Source: Octopus bimaculoides (lineage: Eukaryota). From it: 57,094 nucleotides of DNA. A program made the translations under genes and the position numbers. Positions 12,294-23,720 of the stretch are shown here, in pieces (within the stretch, counting starts at the first letter, position 1; each line of letters begins with the position of its first letter). Below the pieces are notes generated by a model. That model was not told the DNA's origin. It saw nothing but the letters and a program-made list of their open reading frames with translations, and made no database searches. The stretch lies in assembly GCF_001194135.2 (NCBI RefSeq), contig NC_068990.1, forward strand, positions 2,243,996-2,301,089. Reading direction: 5' to 3'.

Positions 12294-13981
12294 TCTGCTG
12301 TACTCTTCCACCACAAGAATGGAGAAAATCGAAAAGAAACAAAAGGGGCCGTAATGCAGCAGAGGATGGAGTGGGAGCCACACATCCCTAAACAAATATG
12401 TGTGTTCAGCTACGCCCTGCAGTATCGACCGTAATCTGTCAATAGACGACCATCAAAGACGATTTGTTATTCGCTCCTGGTTTACTTATCTATTCGACTC
12501 AATTCATGGGCTTTTAAGGGTGTGATTTCCAACCATGTCTTATGGTTTGAAACATTTCGCTTCCATTTTCAATGAGTGGGAACAATTGACCTTCCTGGGT
12601 ATATTTTTGTTTTGTCTGTCTTCCATAGTAAAATATCTGTAATTTATTTTGGGATGTTCTACTAAGGCAGTTTAGAGAGGACTATTAGAGAAAAATATTG
12701 TCCAGGTCTATTTATAGTATCTTAATAACGGTTTCTTTAGAAATCTCGCCTCGAGTTTGGCCTCTCATACGTTGGCTATAAAAAGAGTGGATTTTGTCAG
12801 TGCAACAGAGTTGAATCCTGGATGCACCTATGATGTTCCCGTATATGATCAGATGAGTTAGTTTTCTCTATTATACATATCTGTATAAATATACCCTTCC
12901 ATTATATAATGCTAAGTATGAAATATAATTTGAATGTTGAAATTAATATACTACGTAGAGATGATTCCGAAAAAACTGTAATCATATGGATTTTCGGTTG
13001 CATGGACAAATTAAGTTCTAATCGCAATTACATTGTAAATTCATAGCCATTCCTTGCAAGAGTTCTTACTGGGAGTTCTGCTTCATTCTCTGAATCCAGT
13101 TTCTATTTTCTTAACACACTCACATACACACACATACACATCCACATACACACACACACACACATATACATTCACACACATACATATTAAGATGTTGGAG
13201 AATTACGTCATATGCACATATGTAAATTTAATATTTGCTGAGGATGATTTTGTTTTCGGAAAGAGATAATTGTAATTTGTAGTATTACATGTTTCTTAGA
13301 CACTATCATAAACTATGAATGTGATATAGATATGTATTTGTGACCAGTATATGAATGCCGTTATTCTTTTATACTCAAGATATGATCATGTATTCCGGAG
13401 GAAAAATATTTTTATCAGGCACCAATATTACTTATTTATAGCAAGCTTGATTTGCAGAACAAAATTTAAAATGCACATATTCATTTTATATTTGTATCAA
13501 TGATAAACTTTAGTTTCAGTTTGTTTTGTTATCTATATTTGATTTGAGGGCTGAATATATTTGCTGATGTTTCGCATTGAGCTTAGAGTTATTTTTCTGT
13601 TAGTGTTATTTTACATGTCTTTTCACATGGCTGTTAACGTCAGTAACACGGCAAAATACGACAGCACGTTAAACCCAATAGATTTAAAAACTAAGTTAAT
13701 GTAATATTTACATGAATTTTCAGTGACAGCTTCGTGGATTGGTTTTGTATTTCTTTTCTATTCTTTTAGTTCATACATGTCCACGGATACTTTGTGATGC
13801 TTCTAGACAACCCTACTAATTATTATTCAACTCAGCACTACTCCAGTTTTACTCGGAATGATTGATAAATTTACATTTATTCGACCCACGGCATTGCCAT
13901 TTTGTTAAGTAATAAATTCGGAATTAAAAAATCATTTTTATTATAGTGGATGTTAATTGCAGGATTTACAGAAATCCTTAT

Positions 13982-14120
13982 GAAATGCCTAGAGGTGTTT
14001 AGTTATATCTCTTTACATACTGAGTTCCAATCTTGCCATAGATGATTATACCTTCCTTCCTTCCTTCCTTCTTTCCTTCCTTCCTTCCTTCCTTCCTTCC
14101 TTCCAGGATCGATAGGATGA
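13982..14120 (+). mobile_element. SINE family B fragment with an internal (CCTT)n expansion at 14051-14104
   Basis: SINE-B-like flanks on both sides (ctgagttccaatcttgcc ... ggatcgata) of the tetranucleotide run. Confidence 0.7.
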
Positions 14121-14361
14121 ATCAAGGAATATAGTCGGTCAAATCGGATATATCTCATTCCCAACGTTCGAGTCTTATACGTCAAATTTAAGGAGTGAGT
14201 ATAATTGTTTCAATAAGAGTTTCTCATTTTTCAAAAGTTCAGTAATTTTATTGATATGGGTTAATTTATTTACACAGGAAGTAGTACTTTATTTCAACGC
14301 CTTTGAAACTATGACAGGCAAACTCAACTTTCATGGAAGGATCAGAACATACTCTGAATAA

Positions 14362-14515
14362 GTTTCCGAGTTCAAATTCAGCTGAAGTCGACATTACTTT
14401 TCAGCCATTCGGAGTCGATAAAATATGTACCGGTTGAGCACAGGGGTTGATGTAATCAACCTAGCACCTCCCCCCGATGTTGCTGGCCGTGCGCCAAAAT
14501 TTGAAACTAATATTA
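14362..14515 (+). mobile_element. SINE family B, 3' two-thirds
   Basis: gagttcaaattcagctgaagtcgac...gtcgataaaatatgtacc...aaaatttgaaactaatatt. Confidence 0.88.
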
Positions 14516-14522
14516 GTGATAA

Positions 14523-16455
14523 CACTAGGCAACAAAATTTTTGCTACCATTAGACAAAACGGAGCTCATTGGTAATTTGAGTGCGCTGATTTCGAATCTG
14601 CAATTATTTTTGCTCTAGCACGTCACGTTTTTGCGCTATCATCATTATACTGCTATCAAAATTACAATAATGTGAAAATTTGTGACAGATAAAATGAATG
14701 TTATGTTAAGAGTAAATTACCGTTATTTGGTATAAGAACGATAGCAACTAGATGGACAAGTAGCTCTAAAATCAATAAAGCACAAAACAAAAGTGTAAAG
14801 TGAATATTATTAATTTAATGTTTTTCAAAAATAGCTTTAGCGTCTTCTTTTACGCTTATGTTGCATGTCCGTTTCTCGTTTTAAAAACCAGCAGTAGTCA
14901 GGCAGCATTTTTCGGTGTAAGTCCGCCATTGTAGCGATTTTCTAGCTTTTTGATTTCGTGGTAAAATTGTTCACCATGATTATCACTTACATCACCCATA
15001 TTCGGTGGAAAAAAGTCAAGATGAGAGTAGAAAATGAATTTTTAGAGACAGTCTTGCCCCAAGTTGCTTATAAGCTTTCAAAAAACATTCACAAATGCAA
15101 CGTAGATGATGTTTCATTACCTCCAAACATTTTACAAGAGAAACAAACTTTACCCAAGCAGTTTTCTCTACTGGGCTTAATTTGAAAAAGCTCATCACAA
15201 ATTAGTGTTCGAATTTCTGGTCCAACAAAAAAAAACGGCTTTGATCTTAGCTTCACCCTTGCTAGAAAAAATCATTCACTGAGATATTTGAATCCTTTAC
15301 CATCTCCATTCATGTCTCTAACAAAATTCTTAAACAAACCAGGTTTAATGTGTAAGTGGAGAAGGTAAGTTTTCGGAGAGTCAACTAAAAGGATATATTT
15401 AACGTTGTATCTCCCTGGAGTGAAATCACTTCTCTTTGGCCACTTTTTTTTATCATAGTGATGCTTGTCATCTCTGCTGTTCCAAAGGTACAAAAAGCAC
15501 TGATGATTTGTATACTCCATTTGCAACCCAAGACGGAAACCAATAACTTTCAGGTCTCTTCATATATTCCACTTGTGTTCAGAATATTTAATCATGTGCA
15601 AAATTTTATCCATTGATCCGTAAGTTTCCTTTGAATCCCACAGTATGTGCTAGTGGTATTGAAGTTTTTGACTGCCATTATGCAGCAAAACAGCTTTAAG
15701 GCTTGCTTTGCTGGAATCTATGAAGAGTCTCTATTCTTCAGGATTATGGCCGTACCCCATCTCATGGAGGATTCTTTCAACATCACAGCAAAAACAAATA
15801 CCGTCTTTCTCCGTAAAAAAATCATGCAATTCTGCATTCGAAAATACGAGCATTTTGCACCATCGTGTAAAAGATTCCATTGTTTCAACTTGAAGCCCGG
15901 TAGTTTTGACTATTCTTTTGTTAAACCTGAGTCTTAACTAAATCATTTAACTCAAGTTGACTTAATAAATGAAGAACCTTTTTGACGATCCTGGTTCATC
16001 ACAGTGATCTGCTCTATTACTCGGCACGCCTTCAATTGAAGAAGATGCAGTACTTTCTTCTCTTGAAATTTGTGAAATGATGAAGGAGGTTCTGCAATTG
16101 GAATATGTTCATCAGCATGATCAACTGATTTTACAGCTGAAGGGCAATCTCGATAAACAATCTTGGATTTGTTCTTCTTAGTGAAACTTGTGATGTTAGT
16201 TAAGCAGATATAACAATCGGTATAGTGGTTTGTTGGTTCGCACCATATCATCGGTAATGCAAATGGCATACTTTTCTGTTTACGATTCAACCATTGGGTT
16301 AGTGCTATGTAGCCGTTTTTGCAGTAAACATGAGGGGCCCACAGTTTATCTTGGTCCCCAAAGTAAAGCTTGTAAGCATTGAAAAATTTCTTTGTAAGCT
16401 TATTTCTCTGATCTTTTGGCGTAAATTTTCCACACACGTAACAAAAGTTGCGCAA
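14523..16455 (-). mobile_element. Chapaev3-like (CMC superfamily) DNA transposon, 5'-truncated
   Basis: Terminus CACTAGGCAACAAAATTTT at 14523, preceded by TAA, plus a degraded transposase over 14837-16455. Family assignment is from remembered motifs. Confidence 0.8.
14837..16455 (-). pseudogene. Chapaev3-like transposase pseudogene
   Basis: Motifs in order: FCYVCG, GDQDKLWAPH, PMIWCEP..H..DCYIC, ELNDLV, RLFIDSSKASLKAVLLHNG, DLKVI, LHIKPGLFKNFV, SLKIHFL, HLDFFPPNMGDVSDNHGEQF and DYCWFLKR, with stops and frameshifts. Confidence 0.92.
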
Positions 16456-16481
16456 GTGATTATAATTTTAATATATTGCTG

Positions 16482-16522
<41 letters not shown>

Positions 16523-16566
16523 TGTGTATGTGTGTGTGTGTGTATGTGTATATGTGTGTCACTGTA

Positions 16567-16790
16567 TCTGTGTTTGTCCCCCACTATCGCTTGACAACCG
16601 ATGTTTGTGTGTTTACGTCCCCGTAACTTAGCGGTTCTGCAAAACAGTCCCGATAGAATAAGTAATAGGCTTATAAAATAATAAATAAGTTCTGGGATCG
16701 ATTTCTTCGACAGAAAAAAAACTATAAAGCGGCGCTCCAGCATGGACGCAGTCAAATGACTGAAACAAATAAAAAATAAAATAAAAGAAT
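16567..16790 (+). mobile_element. SINE family A 3' half following (TA)n/(TG)n
   Basis: atcgcttgacaaccgatg...ccccgtaacttagcggttc...ggcgctccagcatggacgcagtcaaatgactgaaacaa. Confidence 0.9.
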
Positions 16791-16944
16791 AAATCGAACC
16801 TCTGTTAACTTTCCTTTTATAGTTTCGAGTTTGAGAAAGCAAGTTACAGGTCAAGTAGTGCGATCCATCGTATTGACTAATTTCTCCGAACAAATATGTG
16901 CCTATGCAGCAACAGATATGGTTGCTTGATAGATTCATTAATGC

Positions 16945-17112
16945 GTCGGACAAAATATATTACTCTTTTCGAAATGAGTTCGAATCCCGTCGAAGCAATC
17001 TTTACTTTCCATCTTTTCAGAGTCGATGAAATAAAGTCCTATTCTGGTGCATGGATCGATATAATCGATTGACGTCTTTTTATCAAAATTGCTTGCCTTG
17101 TGCCAAAATAAA
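16945..17112 (+). mobile_element. SINE family B, old copy
   Basis: gagttcgaatccc...tttccatcttttcagagtcgatgaaat...gccttgtgccaaaat. Confidence 0.75.
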
Positions 17113-17750
17113 AAGAAGATAACTACAAGAACTAATCTATTAGATGAACTCATTTTATCAGTGGATTTCTCTTCCATATCTTCCATAGAATAAAATCTTT
17201 TGTGACATTTTGTTATTATTTGAATTTATTTCGCATTACAATTCTAGATTCTAAGAATACAAAACAAAACAAATTCAATAAACTAACAGATAAAAATAAA
17301 ACGAAAATCCTTCCATTTTTGGAATCTCCATTATAATTTTAATATATTGCTGTATTATATAATACTTTTACAATTCATTGATCAGATAGAAAAAACTAGT
17401 AAATTGCTAACAAATGAATTTAGAAACACANNNNNNNNNNNNNNNNNNNNNNNNNNNNNNNNNNNNNNNNNNNNNNNNNNNNNNNNNNNNNNNNNNNNNN
17501 NNNNNNNNNNNNNNNNNNNNNNNNNNNNNNNNNNNNNNNNNNNNNNNNNNNNNNNNNNNNNNNNNNNNNNNNNNNNNNNNNNNNNNNNNNNNNNNNNNNN
17601 NNNNNNNNNNNNNNNNNNNNNNNNNNNNNNNNNNNNNNNNNNNNNNNNNNNNNNNNNNNNNNNNNNNNNNNNNNNNNNNNNNNNNNNNNNNNNNNNNNNN
17701 NNNNNNNNNNNNNNNNNNNNNNNNNNTATATATATAACTATACATACACA

Positions 17751-17789
<39 letters not shown>

Positions 17790-18562
17790 GTATTTATCTA
17801 TCTACCCAGACACACGCATACAGACACACATACATACATACATACATACGGACACACACACACATATTCATACATATACCTAAACATATATAGAAACCTC
17901 TGCTGCGAAGAGGAAGATGAAATATGGAATTGTACGTAAAGTTATTCTTGAATGTATTTTAATTGAACGACTATAAATTGTAAGTATAATTACGAAAAGC
18001 AATTTATCGTTGTGGCAAATGCTGAGATTGGTGGAATGCTGAATCAATTCAGTGGCTACTAATAGTAAATTCGACAAAATAAATTCTATTTCGATATATT
18101 GTAAGGTGGAAATTTGTTTGGGAATGCATGGAGAAATGTTTTATTTGGCTTTTGTTATTTCTTGAAGGAGGATTGGCGTTCATAGTCTTTCATTCACGAA
18201 ATTGAGAAATTGTCTTCCTTTTAACTTGGGAAGCAATCCACATTGCTTTAAAAAATCAATTTCTGCATTAAAGGGAATAATACTAAAAAGAAACTTATAT
18301 AATTTAATTAGATTACATTCTGTCAACACCTGGATGTTCAGAAACCTTAATAGTAATTTCTTTTAAGTTTTGTCACAAGTCGGTGAGTTTATCATACAAA
18401 CAAAACATTTGAAAATACTAACTGAATTTCTGTCCATCGTTATATTTTTCTGTTATAACACCTTCAGTGAATTTCAAATTTGAAAGGTAATTGTACTTCA
18501 TTTAAGCATGCAATCTCTTCTTTATGTTTGCTATATGCTGACTATTCTAAAGGGATCCTTAC

Positions 18563-18739
18563 TGAGATCATTTGTACGATTCTTTGTCTCAAGAGCAACA
18601 TCGTACCAATAAGTACATGTGTGTTTGTTATAGCTGCGGATATTCTGTGATTCACAATAAACAGTAATATTATTTATGCAATTCAGTTGTTCTGAACCAC
18701 AAAGGTCAGAATAAACTGAAGTCATAGACACTCTACACT
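18563..18739 (-). CDS. Candidate internal exon (phase 1-1), Cys-rich and extracellular-like, unidentified protein
   Basis: ttttgcag acceptor and gtaagg donor; 177 bp stop-free: ECRVSMTSVYSDLCGSEQLNCINNITVYCESQNIRSYNKHTCTYWYDVALETKNRTNDL. No family recognised. Confidence 0.35.
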
Positions 18740-20837
18740 CTGCAAAATACATATATCAGTACCTGTGATGATGAATAATAGAAATAAATTCTAAAAGTTT
18801 GTATAATGCAGAAAAATTTGCCGGGAGCCCAACATATGCTGCGCTGATAATTAAACATAACCGTGAACGAGATGAGCCTCTGGTTCCATGTAAATCTTAA
18901 GTCTAGACGAAGAATAACTTGTATTAGCTCTTGTCTTACCAACAGCAATAATTCTCATTTAGCTTCCGTCCTTCGTGTCTCTTGATAACGTATTCCGTTC
19001 TACTAGAAGCCATGTTAAGAACTTCTATCAATCTATCACACTGAAAATCATTGAGAATATTTAGCACAAGAATGAAGATTTTTCTATGTTCAATTTACAC
19101 AGTTTTCTCGTGTTGATTTATTATCCTGAAGCCTAGAGTGATGCGAAATATCTGGAATATGTGGGATCAACCTATATGCCTGTGAACAACGGAATATATT
19201 TACGAAGAAACAAATAACGGGCACTCTGAATGCTGAAAAATAGGTATGTTTAGTCACACCACACAGACGCAGACACAGACACACACATACACACATACAC
19301 ACACACACACATACAAACGTACGCGCAGGCACGCACACATAAATACTAATTCAGACATGTTACGTTAGTAGCGAACAGTGAGAATGAAGACTTAATATCG
19401 TACACAGATACTTCCTTTATCGACTCTACCTCATATTTCATGCATTGTTGTTTGTAATTTTAAAGTGTTCCACGCAAGAAATTATGGTAATCCGTCTCCA
19501 TTTTCGATTTAACTAAGCTCGATTTCACGTCAATTAACGTTTTAAGTCTCGTAAGAATATCTCGTAGCCAAACCCATAAAAGGAGAATGGCTACCATTAG
19601 ATCTTATATGGAATAATTGAAAAATTCAAACTGTAATTTTGGAATCCTAATGTAGTATCGAAAATCTGCCCGATAAATGTATAGCAAATTGTAAAATGTG
19701 TTTGTAAAGCAGCAGTAAAATCTTTACACAACTAACTTTGAAATATATGATTTCATTAACAAAATGACAAACATTTTTGCTTCTTTTCAAGCAGATGGAA
19801 AATTTGATTTTTTTGGTATCATTTATATATTTTTTACCGGATGTACAACTTTTACGTAAATACTGCAGAGAAACGCAGATGTAATTTAAACAAAATCTCT
19901 TGGATAGCCTCAAAACATATTCAGTATTCATAAACAATTTTTATTTTTTTTGCTGTTAATATTTATCAAGCCAAAGAATAAATTGTCAATGCAATACATA
20001 AGAAGACACATGCCAAAGGAAGTCGAAGCAAATATACTGTTAATGGTGTATGACAAAAGTATTGTCCGTTTCTTTCAGAACTTTGCAAGTGTCGTGGATC
20101 TCAGTTGCTTTCTCTGTTATGGAATATGACTATTATAACTGCATGGCGTGAATTCTTTGCTGTTAGTGTTTCACTATTCACCGAAAATATTGTCCTGTCT
20201 TCTTCACTTATTAACCAAGTCATTTTATTCTGATCTTAGACAGAGTAGGCGACTTTGTCAAGCAGCAGGAATGGTTATATAGATAAGGCAATTTGTCTGC
20301 ACTAAAACTAAACTATTCCAAATGGATGAATGGTTATAAAACCAACAGCATAACTCCACAGTAGCACATATTGCTATGCTAGCACACATTCTAGTATTGG
20401 CACAAGTAACATACAATACAGGCATTAACGAGTTTAGAAGTTTGGCTGTTACTCTACATAAAACAAAATAGGTAAAATATGTATGAATATTAACGAAGTT
20501 AATATCATTTAATAGTATCAGTTTATGGTCTCAGTTTATAGTATCAATTTACAGTAAAATGATTGTATATAGTATTAAATGAAATACCCTATTAGATAAT
20601 AGTATTCTATAGTAAAATCATAGTTTATAGTATATCTTGATGGACAAAGACGAATGCACACATACACATGTGTGTATATTTGTGTGCATATGTGTGTGCG
20701 TGTATGCGTAGATGCCGGAATGGCTGTACTTGAGAAATTTAATTTGCAGCCACGCAGTTTGCATTCAGCCCCACCGTGATGCACCTTGGGTGTCTTCTAC
20801 TATAATACCCTGTCTACAATTTCCGCATCTATATCTC

Positions 20838-21246
20838 TTACTCTTTACTCTTTTACTTGTTTCTGTTATTTGGCTGCGGCCATGATGGAGCACTGACTTT
20901 ACAGTCGAGCAAATCGAGCCCAGAGCTTATTCTTTGTAAGCCTAGTACTTATTCTATCGGGTCTCTTTAGCCGAACCGCTAAGTTGGACGCAAACACACC
21001 AGCATCGGTTGTCAAGCGATGCAGGGGGGACAAACAGACACAAAAACATATACACGCTCATACACACATATATATATATACATATACGACGGGCTTCTTC
21101 CAGTTTCCGTCAACCAAATCCACTCACAAGGCTTTGGTCGGCCCGAGGCTATAGTTGAAGACACTTGCCGAAGGTGCTACCCAGTAGGGCTGAACCCGGG
21201 TCCATGTGGTTGGTAAGCAAGCTACTTATCATACAGCCACTCCTGC
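20838..21246 (-). mobile_element. SINE family A, near full-length
   Basis: Head, internal (TA/TG)n block and 3' half all present, ending in an aagtaaaagagtaaagag tail. Confidence 0.93.
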
Positions 21247-22505
21247 TCTATGTTTGTGTAGCTTTGTTTTTTCACTGCTTGAAGTTTCAGCAAAACTATA
21301 CCGATTGAATAAAACACCAGCCTTAAAACACGTACTCAAGATGGTTTTATCCGAGTCTAACTTTTATTAGTGCTGCAGTATGGCTACAATGCGTTGAATG
21401 TAATAAGTAAAACAGCATAAGAGATATGATGGTCATCGCCCACATGGACATGCATGAAATTAGCAAATACAAATTTTACAAGATTCGCTTGACGATTCCT
21501 AAATGTATATTCTTGCTGAGCATTGACTTAGTTAAGTTCAAAAATGTGATTTATATCATTAAAAAGAAATATCTATCTCTCTTCTTCCACTTAATGATAG
21601 AGTTTACTTTCAAATGAATTGTTAAAATGTCCAGCTCAAATGACAATTGCGTAGGAGGTTTCAAATCGCAGGTTACCATCCTATTTGACGAATGCACTTT
21701 GAATAATCATTTTAGTTTTATAAGAACCTGGAATACCATTTGGATAACTACAGCTAAAGCTAAAACTAAAATTAATAAAAATATTAAATAACGTCGGCTC
21801 AGACATCTTGCTTGCTTTCATAAGTTAATTAGTAAGTTTTAAAAGAAGTTAATAATAAAGGCTTATGAAAATGAACAAGAATATTTAAGACCATTTTTTA
21901 TTTGTGGGTTAACAAAGAAACCAACGTTTTCATGTAAAGGGCTCATGTGAAAAAATAAGTTGCACGCGCTCGCAACATTTTATTCCATTCAGTAATATTT
22001 TAAAAATCACATATGCTCAGGAAGTAGATAACTTGTCACCTTGTCTTTAAGTAACGAAACTTCATTTATTTTGTTACCATGGCAAGAAACTGCTGTGATG
22101 AATGATCATTTAAATAGATTGCATATCGGAGTAATAAACGAAGAGGCTTGGGCGGTCAGTGAAATTGTTCAATTTTAGTATTTTCTCTAAGAAACTGGCA
22201 TTTTACAATGTAACATGAGTTTCCTCTCATCAAATGCCAAAGACCACTCTGTCTCTTTAGATGATAATGAATTTAATAGGAGTCACAGTCCGATGTGCTG
22301 TTTGCATTAGAAAAGAATACGGTCCTTTAATACAACTTTCAAAAACGGCATAAACTAATTTGGTCAACTAACTGAATGAAAACTCAATATACCCGAGGAA
22401 ATATGTTGCAGCCATATTAAGTAGAATTTAATATAAATTAGTAAGGAAACTTAAAATTAATTTAATATGTCAGCCAGTTAAGCAATAGAGTCTTCAACGG
22501 GATAC

Positions 22506-22628
22506 CTGTTGCGGAGCCATTATGTTTTACGCATCCGAAACAGGTCTCATCTATGAATATATCTCCATTTTGCCTCATCATACTTGGAAACCGGAAATAG
22601 TTAACCAGTGTTGTTTTTGCTCTTTTCA
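22506..22628 (-). CDS. Candidate internal exon (phase 1-1), unidentified protein
   Basis: atttcag acceptor and gtatcc donor; 123 bp stop-free: KRAKTTLVNYFRFPSMMRQNGDIFIDETCFGCVKHNGSAT. Confidence 0.3.
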
Positions 22629-23257
22629 CTGAAATATCAAGCAATTTTAACCGTTTAGAGCACGATTCGGCAGTACAGACACTAATGCTGCTGTTATATT
22701 AATTCTTGGATTAGAAAACCATATAGAGACTCTGTATCTAACGTCTTCAGATTCAGCCATCCTCCTTTGCATTTTTTTTTTAAAAAGAAGGAAATATAAA
22801 TTTTGAAAACGTTTAAGGACATTTTATATATATTCAAATTGTATACGATGGTGTTGTGGAGCTCAGTGAGCAGAAATATATGTGGAAAAGTATTTCTGGC
22901 GTGAACAACCCGTTTTTCTTCTCAGGTATAAATCATCTACGATTTCTCTATCATGTGTGACCTACTTGTTTTAGGGCACGATATGAAGACGATGATGTAA
23001 CTTCAATATTTTGCCAGTCGACTGCTATCCTGCTCTCAGCATTTTATATAGTGCTGCATATAGCTAATACTAATTATTGAATACTGAAAATCTTTCGTAC
23101 GGAAGTCACTGTACATATATAGTCTTTTCTAAATACTAGGACACATACGACCTGATACTTTGAGAAATTTTATCGCAGAGTCGTGTTACAAATCGATGTG
23201 TCATATCTTTCAGTTAAATGAGTCGAAAGAAGCAGTATTTAACTAGTGTACTGTTTA

Positions 23258-23720
23258 TCAACCACCACGCTCGATTAACCGCATTCGGTTAACAGATTTG
23301 CTCAAAATTATATTTGTATAACAGTTGGAATATATATTTCTATGTATATCGAACATAACAATGCGGTTTCTTACAGCTGTGAAACATATTCTGTGGCACT
23401 GTATTGCAGCTAGATAGTTTTGGTCATTTACAACAAGCCTTTGGTTTTGTCGTTGCTGTTGTTTACACACAGGCAACCTCGTTTGTTGCAGCACTTTTGT
23501 ACTGTGATGAAGACCATTCCAGTCGTATTCAGCAAGAATTTCTTGCAGAAGTGCATTGAAGATTTTTTTGTTTGTCTCATCTAAGGTGGTAAGATGTGAT
23601 TTGAAATAGATTCAGCAATTATTGCTTGTAAGTCAAGTTACAAGAAAAGACAAACTTCAACGGGGCTCCTTTCCTTTGATGCCAGAAGGGCTGGCTATAA
23701 TCTGGAATGAATGGCCTCAT
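23258..23720 (-). pseudogene. Possible decayed hAT (Buster/Charlie-like) transposase fragment
   Basis: IH..ALLASKERSP is followed, after a frameshift, by TNKKIFNALLQEILAEY...HHSTKVL. This loosely parallels HC.IHREALASK..SP and N.RLF..LC.E..AE..LL.HT..RWLSRGKVL. Stop-free frame of 117 codons. Confidence 0.3.

Noticed and set aside
18760-19040. Apparent exon 18940-19040 with a strong donor; splicing to 18772 gives an in-frame TGA (selenocysteine idea)
   Set aside because: Its phase is incompatible with the 18739 acceptor, I saw no SECIS or selenoprotein motif, and chance splice-like sites are common
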